Shown here in pieces: positions 42,724 to 55,719 of a stretch of DNA of 64,000 bases (the first letter of the stretch is position 1; every line of letters begins with the position of its first letter). The stretch is from Octopus sinensis. Lineage: Eukaryota. The notes beneath the pieces are model-generated. The model was not told where the DNA came from and did not search any database. It worked only from the letters and a program-made list of their open reading frames with translations. The stretch is from NCBI RefSeq assembly GCF_006345805.1, contig NC_043008.1, positions 64,046,001 through 64,110,000 of the forward strand, read 5' to 3'. Position numbers and translations under genes: made by a program.

Positions 42724-42896
42724 TATATGGATGAAAACAGTTTGATTCAAATTCCTTGTGCTCTTGAGTTTCAAGCACAATGCTAGTCAGTAGCCATTTT
42801 TAATCTGAATTCAAATTAAAAATAGCTGATGACTAGCATCATGCTTGAAACTCAAGAGTACCAATGAATTTGAATCAAACTATTTTCATCCATACA
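42724..42896. repeat. ~175-bp diverged spacerless palindrome centred on GAATTC, with a hammerhead-like motif at 42823-42865
   Basis: Arms match with several mismatches. Right arm: tag-CTGATGA-ctagcatcatgctt-GAAAC-TCAAGA-GTA^ccaat. Confidence 0.85.
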
Positions 42897-42955
42897 TGTA
42901 ACTCCTAATTAATTGGCTGAGTTCCCTTCTTTTGTTTGTCCACTCACTCGTGTGT

Positions 42956-42988
<33 letters not shown>

Positions 42989-45554
42989 TTATTTATTTAT
43001 TTATTTATATATAGGGCTTTCTCACAATTTCTACTTGCTTAATTTATTCTTAACAATACACACATCAGTTTGGTGCTGAAGCACAAGATGCTTTCTGAAG
43101 GTGCCATGAAGTGGTATTGAGCTCAAAACCACATGGTTGTGAAGCAAACATCTTAACCACACAGCCATAAGTGAGCCTAGACAGACTTAATAAAAATAAT
43201 TTTTACTATTTCTATTTGTTAGTCAGTCATCAAAATGAAAAAGTAAATAAAAAGAGTGTGCATATGTATGTGTATGTGTGTGTGTGTTTGTGTGTGTGTA
43301 TGTATGTACACATACACATGCACACACACGTGCACACACATGTATATATAAACGTGTGTACTGAGTTTGTTTTACCAAGCCTAAAATGATTTTTATGTTT
43401 ACTTTAAAACGAAATATGAGCTTGTTTACTTTTATGAGATTTTTAACCTGTTTGATTGCCTTAACAGACTAGATAAAAAAAAACTGAATCATTTAGTGGC
43501 AGTATACAAATATTTAGAAAAAATAAGAAAAAAATGGTAAAAAAAAAAAGACCCAGACATAAAAGTCATATAAAATAATTCAACTGTAATTGAAGCAATG
43601 TTTATGGTAAGTACGTGAAATTACAATCAGACTATCCTGTTTCAAATCCAGGGTTTAAATTCAACTAAAATTATTCATCAATGTTAACAAATGTTATTAC
43701 TCCATCTTGATGTTTCAACAGTCTCTACATTTCAAACAGATCTGCTAGAAATAGCAGTGAATTTTATCTCAAGCTATACTTTATCAGGATGCATAAGTCA
43801 TTACTGTCTTACTTATACTGACTGAAAAAATATCAGATGGTCATGACCTGGAAAGCTTTAGTCAAAGATCTTCTGGACTGGAATTAGTCCATGACTAAAC
43901 AACTATAACATTCCTCAATTGTATCAAATTCTTTGAGATACACTTTTTACTCTTTTACTTGTTTCAGTCATTTGACTGCGGCCATGTTGGAGCACCACCT
44001 TTAGTTGAACAAATCAACCCTGGGACTTATTCTTTGTAAGCCCAGTACTTATTCTATCGCTCTCTTTTGCCGAACCGCTAAGTGATGGTGACGTAAACAC
44101 ACCAGCATCGGTTGTCAAGCAATGCTAGGGGGACAAACACAGACACACAAACACACACACACATATATATACATACATACATATATATGACGGGCTTCTT
44201 TCAGTTTCCGTCTACCAAATCTACTCACAAGGCTTTGGTCAGCCTGAGGCTATAGTAGAAGACACTTGCCCAAGATGCCACGCAGTGGGACTGAACCCGG
44301 AACCATGTGGTTGGTAAGCAAGCTACTTACCACACAGCCACTCCTGAGCCTATTAATGTTGTTTTTGTTTCTTTTTTTGTTTTTGATTTTTGTATCTATT
44401 ACATTACATTTTCATCAGTGCCTTACTTTTACACAGATGTGTATTCCTAGGCTGTGTTCAAATTCATAACTTTCATGTCTTCTTCAAGAACTGCTTGGTG
44501 CTTAGAGTATTGAAATTCTGAAGGAGAATGATAATTCTTTCTACTTTCTATATATGACAGGCTTCTATCAGTTTCTGTCTACCAAATCCACTCACAAGGC
44601 TTTGCTTGGCTTGAGGCTATAGTAGAAGTCACTTGCCCAAGTTGTCACACAGTGGGACTGAACCCAGAACCATGTGGCTGGTAAGCAAGCTTTTTACCAC
44701 ACAAGCATGCCTGTATACGTTTTCAAGCTGTCAGCACGGAACAAACTGCTGCACCTTTGACAAGATTAAATCCCAACATTTAACAGTGGATTGAGTGTGT
44801 TTTATTATTGCAGCAACACTAAAAAAGACAGGGGCGAGAATGAAATAGGAAGCAAGTGGTGGATAAATGGTGAGAAAGGATTGTCTGTCTATACCAAATA
44901 GGCGATGGTGAGTATAAGTAGAATGTATGAGGTACTTGAAGATCAGGTGAGGACCTTTAAATATATACTTAAAGATCGTGAGAGAGCTTGGTTGATAATG
45001 ATAAGAAAGCAGGAAAAGTGGAGTGAGTGTGAGAGAGTCAAATATGTTCTGATGCATCCCTAGTCACATTAGAAGCAATGTGCAGTGAGATGAAGAATCC
45101 TCTGCTATCCTTAGTTATACTGACTGCATTGTATAGTGAAGATGAGACAAGGAAAAATAGGCAATGGATTGATGGTGACATGAGGGATAGACAGATGAGT
45201 TATAAGTATGTGTATGCATATATGTATGTGTCAGAAAAAAGATGACAAAGGAATAACCGTTTATCTTATGAACTTCATCAAAATACAGCTGTTTTCATTA
45301 TAAGACATGGTAGACATATTTTTTAGTAGAAACAGTTGTAATCTAATGATGTTCAAAAGATAAACAGTTTTTCAGTTGTCCTCTCTTTTCTTATTAGCAC
45401 TCTGTACCCAACAAACCCTTCATTTAGAAGCATACATGTATTGAATTCTACACTAGGATATTAGTATCATAAAGCTTAAGCAAAATATACATTTATGTAG
45501 ATATAAAACATTCTTGACTGCAAAGCTATAAGAGACTGGATTTACCAAAATATA

Positions 45555-45780
45555 TATTTCTTTACTAACCACAAGGGGCTAAACACAGAGGGGACAAACA
45601 AGGACAGACAAAGGGATTAAGTTGACTACATCGACCCCAGTGCGTAACTGGTTCTTAATTTATCGACCCCGAAAGGATGAAAGGCAAAGTTGACCTCGGC
45701 GGAATTTGAACTTGGAACGTAACGACAGACAAAATACGGCTACGCATCTCGCCCGGCGTGCTAACGTTTCTGCTAGCTCA
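45555..45780 (-). mobile_element. SINE family A copy
   Basis: Reverse complement of the 48889-49122 element. The flanking sequence taagagactggatttac(c/t)aaaatata is duplicated. Confidence 0.9.
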
Positions 45781-47394
45781 CCATAATGTAGCAGGAATTG
45801 GCAGAAGAGCCAACAAGAATAATAAGAGACTGGATTTACTAAAATATAATGTAGCAGGAATGAGCTGAAGAAGAACCAACAAGAATAATATAGAGGCTGT
45901 TGAGAAACTCTAGATGGTGCTAGTTGAAAAGAGTGATTGGAAGATTCAGTAGAATGTAATTTGGACACAGGCCTGGGCTTGTTCACACAAGGTTGAGTTG
46001 CTTGAATGAAAGTGTATGCTGTAAGACTTGCAATACACATGTTGTAAGACTTGGAATATGATGTTGAAGATGTGTCCAAATATTGTTTCCATAGTTTTAT
46101 GTTGAACTGGCAGACAGTTACATAAAATTTGAATTTACATAAGCGAAACAGTTAAGACCAGTGCAAACATATTTAAACCATTTCAAAAATACAGCAATTA
46201 TTTTAAAAACTTATTAAAGCTATAGATTATTTGAACTGCTAATAAACAAGAATTTCTAAGAAGTTTTAAACTTTCTAGTTGAAACATAAAACAGTATTAA
46301 AACTTTTAACTAGATATGTTTCTCATTTTTAATTATGTTATTTTCAAGTGAAATAAGATAAGAATTTGTTTCAAAATTTAATTCTAAAATTAATGAATTT
46401 TTTAAAAAAATTAAAAAATACAAAATAAAAATATTAAAAACAAGCTATAATTTACATTTGCAACGTTTCTTAATTTATTTCCAAATGCTTTTACAATTCC
46501 AAAAACATCGTCACTCAGTTAATAAATTACTCTAAAACAAGTTTAAATGGGTGACCTTGTGAGTTGCTGAAGCCATAAAGGTTAATAAACAATTTGTCTT
46601 TTAGCTATAAATAATCTAAAAGGCAAAAAAAAAATTACAAAATAATGTTCAAGAGGAAAAAGTAAAAATTACACATACATACATATATGTATGTATGTAT
46701 GTATAAAACCTGAAAGGCGAAGGTGATCTGAAACCTAGTTATTAATATAGATAAGTAAATAAAAAGTAACATTTTCTCTTTATATTTTCATCTTAAATGA
46801 AAAAAAAAAATGTCTTCACAGTTTTAATGACATTTTCTAAAACTACTGAAAAATGTCATTCCAGTAATTGGTGGGTAGAAAAAAGATACAACTGTATAAG
46901 AAAAAAGAATTATTGATATAATTTCAAAGTTAAAATTAAAATTTCTTTTGTTTCTAAACAGTCAGTAGCTGCTACACCCAACCAATTTGTATACCAATTC
47001 AACATGGTAAAAAGCTAATAGCATTTCAAATGTCAAACGTGCTTACACCACATTGATCCTTAAATGTTTTGTACATGTTTTTCAACTGCCTTTTCTAAAA
47101 TTTACAAGAGTAAAATTTACTAAAGTTTACAAAAATGACTTTTTGCCTGACGTTCAGTAAAAATCAACAAAGAGATTAATTCCTAACCTGTAACAAGGTT
47201 TAATCAATAAAAACAGAAATAGAAATAAATGGAAGGCATGCCTTCTTAACAACTACAGTGCTATGTTTTCAGATATAGATTCCTCTTTGTCATTTTAGAA
47301 TCTGGTAAGTACGACTGAATCTATTCTTTGCAGTAGAGGCTGAAGTAAATCATATGTTTAGATCTGCCATTGCATTCACTAACTTGACTAACTG

Positions 47395-47795
47395 GCACTC
47401 TTTTGATTAGAACACTGGTTGGTCCATTTGATCCAAACATTGGAACTGCCTGCCAGCCAAATTAACGTGCAAGTGGCTGAGCATTGCACAGTCACACCCA
47501 CCCTCAATGTAGTTCTCAGAGAGATTCACTGTGACATACCAAATGTGACAAGACCAGCCTTTTGAAGGGCACCGATGCAGCCAATGTGTGACCCTTAGTC
47601 AAGAACAGTGTCGGTCGGGGAGTTTGACTGGGGCAGTACATCTGTCAAGTGGTAATGCAGGTGTCCCAAGGCAAGCTCAGCACGTTGAGCAAAGAGGCAA
47701 AAGCTCACTCGATCTCAATTTTTCAGTGTAAATACTGACCATGAAAGGGTGGCCCATCGATACTTTCCGAGCAGCAGGGGGCTATGTGTCTGCTG

Positions 47796-47837
<42 letters not shown>

Positions 47838-48170
47838 TGGCCAGGCGTTCACAGTGATGTCGCTTTTTTATCCTTTGATGTCGGCTCTTCCTATCATTGC
47901 AAAGCAGAATTCGCAAAGCGTTGGATTGTTCACCCACTAACAGGGAACGTGAGCTGGGATTAGACCATCATGAGACAGGTTAGTAAGATAGTAAGGCCCT
48001 TGAGGCCAATTAAATGAGTAAAAGACCGGCCTTTCGAAATACAGGTACTACTCATTTTTGCCAGCTGAGTGGACAGGAGCAATGTGAAATAAAGTGTCTT
48101 GCTCAAGGATACAGCACATCACCAGGTATTGAACACACGACCTTATGATCACGAGCTGAACACCCTAACT
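47395..48170 (-). mobile_element. tRNA-derived SINE family C, split by the 28S-derived insertion
   Basis: Both halves match the intact family C copy at 53695-54020. Confidence 0.8.
47567..47984 (+). pseudogene. 28S rRNA fragment (3' domain V / peptidyl-transferase region), decayed
   Basis: Contains GGGGAGTTTGACTGGGG, GAGGTGTCAGAAAAGTTACCACAGGGATAACTGGCTTGTGG, GATGTCGGCTCTTCCTATCATTG and GGATTGTTCACCCACTAA..GGGAACGTGAGCTGGG..AGACAGGTTAGT, with CpG-type substitutions and a deletion. Confidence 0.95.
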
Positions 48171-48888
48171 TCTAATTCATATACCATTACTGTATTTACC
48201 AAACTATTGAGAAAAGACAAATATAAACTATTCAGTTTAAGTGGGGCTTTTTTTCATTTTAATTATTTGAATTCATTTCATCCTATCAGCAGTGTAGGCG
48301 TTCTAATAAAATGACAAAGCTACATCATGGGAAGTTAGATAATATAAATTGTAAATATTACAAACACCTGTGACAATGAAATTCTGTCACTTTTACAGTT
48401 TCCTTACTTGTGAGGACACACAATAGTTGTAATAGAATCACAGACAATAATATTTCTCTCATTAACGAGTGGCTATTTTCCTCATAGAAGTGCTAGGCAT
48501 TCAAAGTTTTGGTTTTCGTTGATAGCAGCTGGAAACTGTGATATTTAGTGATTCACTCATCAAACCTTGAGTAAGTACAAAAAAATATAATTCATTAAAG
48601 AAGTCTAATAACATTTAAATATGTCAAGCATTGTTCCTAACCTTGCTTCCCAAAATGATTAGAATTATAAGATCCATTGAGTGTAGAGTTGTCTCTTGTT
48701 TAGAAAGATCATGATACATTATGCTACATGTGAAGACATATCAAAAAACCAGGCATGCTTTCATGGTAGACTGCAAGGAAATGACATCATTTGCAAGTAA
48801 AACCTTTCCAAACAACCAGTGAACACACACGGGGACTAGGGAGAATATGAGCTTACACACACATACAGATATACATGTATCATCATTT

Positions 48889-49122
48889 AAGGCGGCGAGC
48901 TGGCAGACACGTTAGCACACCGGGCGAAATGCGTAGACGTATTTCGTCTGCCGTTACGCTCTGAGTTCAAATTCCGCCGAGGTCGACTTTGCCTTTCATC
49001 CTTTCGGGGTCGATAAATTAAGTACCAGTTTCGCACTGGGGTCGATGTAATCGACTTAATTCCTTTGTCTGTCCTTGTTTGTCCCCCTCTATGTTTAGCC
49101 CCTTGTGGGTAGTAAACAAATA
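48889..49122 (+). mobile_element. Intact tRNA-derived SINE family A (resembles the described octopus OK/OR-type SINEs; exact name uncertain) with 16-bp TSD
   Basis: A/B-box-like head (GCTGGCAGA..GTTAG; GAGTTCAAATTCC). TSD atacatgtatcatcat at 48871-48886 and 49124-49139. Confidence 0.92.
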
Positions 49123-49707
49123 TATACATGTATCATCATCCTCCTCATCATCATCATCATGACCACTACCACCACCACCACCACCATCATCCTCATCGTC
49201 ATCGTCGCCATCATCATCATCGAAACAATCAATTAAAGCTTCACCTTTGCATGCTTGCATTGCCCAGACAAAATTTGTTGAAGCAGATATTCTTTGGTCA
49301 AATGTCTTAACTCTCGCCAGCCTGTACGTGTTTAAAAACGTGGTAATATTTTCCCCATGTCCAGATGTGTTTACACAAAAGATCTGAAAAGAATGCATAT
49401 TGTGTGACAGCAATGCTTGATTATTACTATCACACAATTTCAAGGTGGGGGAAGCAACCAATGCACACACACACACACATACGAGGGGGTGCTGAAAGGT
49501 TCCTAGCTTTCAGTAAAAGAAAATATAGGTGGATCAGTTAATAATGATTTTATTCAATATTTCCTCCTCTCAGATTCACACACTTGCTGCAGCCATCCTT
49601 CAGTTCCCAAAACTGGTTCACCAAAAAGCATCAATACACTGTGGCCAGCATATAGGAATAGGAGCTTTATTTGCATACTCAAAACGTTTGCCATAAAGAA
49701 ATTTAAA

Positions 49708-49778
<71 letters not shown>

Positions 49779-49938
49779 CGCATATTTGCCATTTGAATAT
49801 GGCTAACCCCTAAGGGTGGATGCTACTGTAGTTTGTAGACCCAGGAAGATATCTCCTCCAGCTGGCTATAGACACACTATCTGTGTCCTCTCAGTATTTG
49901 TGAAGGGAAGTCATCTTCCCCGCCTTCAACTCATGATA

Positions 49939-49983
49939 CACACGGACTCGAGTTTCAAGGTGTTTACTTCTCATCAGCTTGTG
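49939..49983 (-). ncRNA. Minimal type I hammerhead-like motif
   Basis: Minus strand: CACAAG-CUGAUGA-G-AAG-uaaacac-CUU-GAAA-C-UCGA-GUC^CGUGUG. Stem I pairs 5/6; stem III contains the self-complementary CUCGAG. Confidence 0.6.
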
Positions 49984-50211
49984 ACAATCATGGTTGTCGA
50001 CGAGAAAATATGATTTTGCTTAGGCATAGCAATATTATTAACCTGTTGTTAGAATTCAATATACATATGTTTCAGAATGACAAGGGAATAGGAGTTATGC
50101 AATTAACTTCATTAGCTTACTGCTGTTTCTCTATAAGAAGCGGTGCACTCAGAGCTGAGTGCTTGTACATGACTAGATAACTCTTCTGTAGCTTTTAAAT
50201 TGATGTGTATG

Positions 50212-50317
50212 TGTTGTAGCGAGAGTACAACACCCTCCGACGAGAATAGATAGGACCACTACATATAAATAGTAGTGGTCTGACGTAATCTGGTCTTCAA
50301 AGACACGTCACTATATA

Positions 50318-50351
<34 letters not shown>

Positions 50352-51852
50352 CTTTTAAATTTCTTTATGGCACTACAGACAGAAAATGAAATAAAAAGTA
50401 TTATGACTAATGTTATCCTAGGACTGCCAATGACTGCACAGGATATAAGAATGAAATCTGTAGGCGATGAGTATATTACAAAAATGAAAGAAGCTTTAAA
50501 AAATAAGCAGAATGAAACTACAAATTCGAGTAGTTTCTCAATATGCGACGATATTCTGATGTATGCACAAAGAGTTGTAGTACTGACTACATTACAAAAA
50601 CGTGTATTGCTATAATTCCACAACGGACACCCGGGAACATCGAGGATGAAAGTTCTGATGAGGTGCTACATCTAGTGGCCAACTTTGGACTGTGATATCG
50701 AAAATTTGACGAAAACTTGTCGAGGTTGCACGCTCACGACCAAAGCCCTGCCGCTAAAATATCAATTGCGGCTGGAGACTGAGAACCTATGGTCTAGGTT
50801 ACATATTGACTATGCTGGACCTGTGAACGACGCTTACTATCTAATCGTGGTATACAGCTGTACAACGTGGCCAGAGGTATTGCAGGTGCAGTAGACCAAC
50901 CGCTAAGACAACTATAGAATGAATTGTTTGTGTGATACGGTGTTCCAGACACGTCAGTTTCTGATAATGGAATGCAGTTCTCAGGGTATGAATTCAAGAA
51001 CTTCTGTAAAATGTATGCAATAAGGCATATTTTCACTCCACCCTACCACCTGAGGTCAAATGGACAGGTCGAAAGATTTGTGGACACGTTCAAAAGAACG
51101 TTAGGAAAATCTAGGAACGGATTAAGTGACGATGAATCACTTACCAATTTCTTAAGGGTACATAGAGTAACCCCCAATCCAAGTACAAATTCAGCAAAGT
51201 CACCCGCAGAGTTGATGTTCACAAGAAGAATAAACTCGATCTTTGATAAGTTATTGCCAGAGAAAAATGATGTAATGAAATACGAAAGATGCAGCGAAAT
51301 ATTTTGAAGTAAGAGATGGCATGCATTTTAAAACCTACAGAAATAGCAAAGAAGGCTGGGAAGATGGCCTTGTAGCCAAGAAAGTATGATGTATCTAATT
51401 AAAGGACCATGCTGGAAACATAGGAGACATATAAATCAGTTAAAGAAGAATGGAAAGAAATTCATATGGAAGTATTTTTTTAGGTATTCGATGTTCTGAA
51501 AGTAATGGAGTCCCGTAGAACCAGCATGAGAAAATGGAAGCAGTCCAAACACCTTGGGATAAGGCTCAAGTGAAAAAGATACTAAATAATAATAATAATA
51601 TATAAAATTTCTTTATTCCTTTGAAACTCGAAATCTCAAAGGGAGAGATGTTGCGGCGAGAGTACGAGAGCCTCAGACGGGAATAGACGGGATCACTACA
51701 TATAAAAAAGATGCGATCTGATGTAGTCGGCAGTTCGTAGTTATGTCTTCGAAGTCTAGGTTTACAGTTCGAGTTAGTGTTTTGGAAATATTGATCGTTG
51801 GTTCATTAACTGTTTGTTACTGCCGCTGTTTCTATTTTGTAATGTTATAACA
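50212..51852 (+). mobile_element. Ty3/Gypsy LTR retrotransposon remnant (5' LTR fragment, integrase, PPT, 3' LTR)
   Basis: Zinc-binding HNGHPG...WPTLDCDIENLTKTCRGC; core LHIDYAGP...SDNGMQF...PPYHLRSNGQVERFVDTFKR; PPT aaagggagaga; LTR TG..CA at 51649-51852; similar LTR start at 50212-50310. No TSD seen. Confidence 0.92.
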
Positions 51853-52133
51853 CTGTTACAGTGTATTCTTTATCTGTCGTCGATAATATCAACCGTACTA
51901 CGATATTGGCGGCATATGAATATAACGGTATATTTTTTGGAGAAAGCTTTTTAATATATGGAAAAAGGTTAGCATTGAAATGCTTAAAATGCCAAAGTAA
52001 TAGCGTATACGTTTTGAGAGAGAGAGATCCCACTCCCAGAAATATGCAAATCAAAATAATCATAGGTATATCTACAGGCACAAAATTCTCACATATATAA
52101 AAAGCTATTCATATTCACATAAAACATTCAGAA

Positions 52134-52173
<40 letters not shown>

Positions 52174-53694
52174 CCGTGTGTGTGTTAATACACATTTAAA
52201 CTGTTACAATGAGTATGATTGACCATCGAAACCCTAACAGAAAATTTAAAAAACTATGAAGAAAGGGAAAAAGGCTAAAATAGAGGAAAAATTATTTTCG
52301 TCTTTAAACCTGATGGTCTTAGTGAGATAAAGAAATGGTGAAGTAACATCGTAAATCTAACAAGTTGGTCGCTCCATGTCCTCTAGCTATATTGAAAATA
52401 TACAAGTTGGTACAGTATATTTATCTATAAATGTTTGTTACGCAAAACATTTTACTGAGCCTAAAACGTTTGGAATCAGTAAAACGTTACACTCTCTACT
52501 CCATGCAGTCCACAATGCAATTCAACAATTTCATGCAGTTCAACAATGACCATCATATCTCTGGTTAGGATAATGGGCAGAGTTTAATCTGCATTATATA
52601 TTAATGAAGAATGCAGAGAACGTAATTGGTATTTTTTTTTTACTTTATATAACATATGTATGTTTCCCCAGCCAATTGGTCTATTGTGTAATCTGACCGA
52701 TAAACATCCTTGGTATTGTCAGCAAAATATGGTTCTCATTGGTCAAGACCAACTATGCATATCTGCACATATATGTACAGGCTTGTGCATCGGTTTTTTT
52801 TTAAGGCTGACGGTTGCCCATGTGTGCAAGTTTCCCTTCTTCACAATACCAATGTTTATCCAATAGAAATGCTGTTGACTTGAGCCAATATAGTTTGGCA
52901 TCAATATCATCACCAGCATTGTTGTCGGAATGCAAAGAACCAGAACAACTATCACAAGGTAGTTCTTCCAATGTTGCAAAAGTTCTATAAACCCATTATC
53001 CAGAATCTAGTGTAACATTTCGTAGTTCAAAAACAATTGGTCCTTTAATGGATTGATGCATTTAATTCTGTTAACCAATTCCCAACCTTTTTACACACAA
53101 TGAACAGGTTTCATGCAAGACATTTTTTCTACAGATGGGCGGATCACTTGCATAACAAAACAATAATATATAATTCAATTGCATTGTGTCAGAAAATTTT
53201 ATTTTCCTTTTGATTTTGGCCAGTAAGTGTTATTTCCTATTTACTTCTATCTAGAAATCAAAGGAAATGACCTCTATTCCCTTCAAACATTGCTTTTGTG
53301 ACCTGGACATCAATGTTTTTAAACTGACCTATTTTCCATTACATTTCAGACAGATTCAATGCTGAGTTGCTGAAGTAGAATTATCGTAATAACAAATATT
53401 CTGCTCAATACCACAGATTTGAAAGTCAGTTGCTTGATGTTAACCACTTGAGTATGTCCCTTAGTAGTTGACAAAAGGCACACCTGATCATGAGCAGGAA
53501 TTGTTAAGGAGCATCATAGCGATGTGTTGAGAAGGATTCTTCGGGTCTTGAATAAATATACCAAAAGCAAAGTTTGAAAGAAACATTAGCCATTGTTCAT
53601 ATGTTCTAGGGGTAAACAAATAGAAAATAACAGTTGCTGCCCAAGGACAAAAATTGTGTTACACAGTATTATTAAATATATAATGTTTATATGA

Positions 53695-54020
53695 GATGGC
53701 ACGTGGCTTAGTGGTTAAGGTATTCAGATCATGATCGTAAGGTCATGAGTTCAATTCCTGGCAACACATTGTGTTCTTGAGCAAGACACTTTATTTTGCA
53801 TTGCTCTGGTCCACTCAACTGGCAAAAATGAGTAGTACCTGTATTTCAAAGGGCCAACCTTGTCATATTTTGTGCCGTGCTAAATCTCCATGAGCACTAT
53901 GTTAAGAGTACACATATCTGTGGAAGGCTCAACCACTTGCACAATCATTTCATGAGCAGGCTGTCCTGTTGATTGAATCAACTTGAACCCTCATCACCAT
54001 TACCAACAGAGTGCCAGCTA
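53695..54020 (+). mobile_element. tRNA-derived SINE family C, near full length
   Basis: A box TGGCTTAGTGG, B box GAGTTCAATTCC. Related pieces at 9320-9625, 32540-32765, 33330-33730, 54100-54355 and 57960-58265. Confidence 0.88.
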
Positions 54021-54599
54021 ATAGGTAGATATTACAATAGTATATATAAAACATATATAATGCAAAAATATCTGGCAGACTGTGTTAGTAAATAAAATAA
54101 TAAATAAATGCGCCCTTTTAAAGCCTAGCCAGTCTCATGGGCCCGGTTTCCCAGCTTCTATGGTGTATGTGTTCCCCAAATGGATGGGGTGCCAGTCCAT
54201 CGCAGCATTAATCATTTTTGCCAGCTGAGTGGACTAGAGTAACCTGAAATGAAGTGTTTTGCTCAAGAATACAACGTGTCACCCAGTCCAGGAAATGAAA
54301 CCTCAATCTTACGATCATGATGTTGACACCCTAACCACTAAGCCATGTGCCTCCAAGAAAATAGTAAATAATATAGAAATAAAATTTAAACATTTATTCT
54401 TTCTATGTGGCTTGGTACAAAATAATCCATAACCTAGTACTGGTCTGCAGTCTGGTAGTTGGGGATCTCTGCTTTATACTAACTCAGATAAAATTCCACA
54501 ATCTGAATAATTGTCTAAATTCATTATTGTCTAAATTCATTATTGTCTAAATTCTTACGAATCACTAATAAGATAAATTTGAACATAAAAAGATGGCCA

Positions 54600-55200
54600 A
54601 AGTAATATATTTTGTGACTTTTAATTATAAGTCTGTTGTTTATATTTTCCTTTCCTTGATGACAAAGTTGTTTAGACAATATTTATTTAATCATTTATAA
54701 ATATATATATAAAACTTATTAAACACATTAGTTGTATTAACTAAGTCATTTCAAACAGTTACTTTGTACAAAATGAAATTACAACTTACTGAACAAACAT
54801 CAAGAAAACAGCAGTCTCCTTATACTTATCTGTCATATTGTCAGGCTTCTTTTCTGATTAAAACCTCTTCAATAAACATTATAACTAACATTTCAGTTGA
54901 TAAAATTACATCAGAATATACAGTGAAGACCAAATACATCTTACAAGCAATACTACTATTACAAAAATGATTGTCATTATGCTATCATTATTATTAATAT
55001 TATCATTATTACTATTATTAAGATGGTGAACTGGCACAATTGTTAGCACGCCTAACAAAATGCTTGCCCAAATTTCAAGCCCTAATAATTTATATATATT
55101 TATAAATGATTAATCAAATATTGTCTAAACAACTTTGTCATCTAGGAAAGGAAAATATAAACAACAGACTTATAATTAAAAGTCACAAAATATATTACTT
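54600..55200. repeat. ~112-bp near-identical inverted repeats with a ~375-bp spacer
   Basis: 54600-54712 is the reverse complement of 55089-55200 with only a few differences. Confidence 0.9.
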
Positions 55201-55248
55201 GAAATTATTAGAAAGGATTATCATTATTATTATTATTATTATTATTAT

Positions 55249-55712
55249 TGAGTGAGAGAGCAGTGCATGCCATCAAAGTGACACTGGAGTAAAATATACG
55301 AAGCCCAGTATACCCATCATGACTACCCATCTGATAAGGGTACACCAGGCACATGCATCACAACCATATGTGCGCGACATGGTGATCTCATATCAAGATA
55401 AACAGTGCATGACATTGCAGGTGGGGCCCACTTAGAATTTTCTTCTGGTCAAGTAGCCCATCCCACTCAAAAGGTCCCTGAAAAAGGACTGTTTAAGGAT
55501 GTTGAACGAACCACCCATGTTTCCAAAGGTGAATTATTCAAACCTCCAAGAATTTCTTTCAACACATGGCTATGATGCTCCCCCACTACTTCTGCTCATG
55601 ATCAGAGATGCACATATCGTCAGCCACTAAGGGACATGCTCAACTGGTTATGGTCAAACAACTGACAAGCAAATCCGTGGTATTGAGCAGAATATTTGCT
55701 GTAGCCCATCTT
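55249..55712 (-). mobile_element. Family D repeat copy
   Basis: Reverse complement of 5981-6535; (ATT)n on the left and ttattattgttgtt on the right. Confidence 0.85.
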
Positions 55713-55719
55713 TTTTATT

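Noticed and set aside
47567-47984. Functional 28S rRNA gene
   Set aside because: An isolated 420-nt piece with substitutions and a deletion, bracketed by a TSD, with no flanking rDNA.
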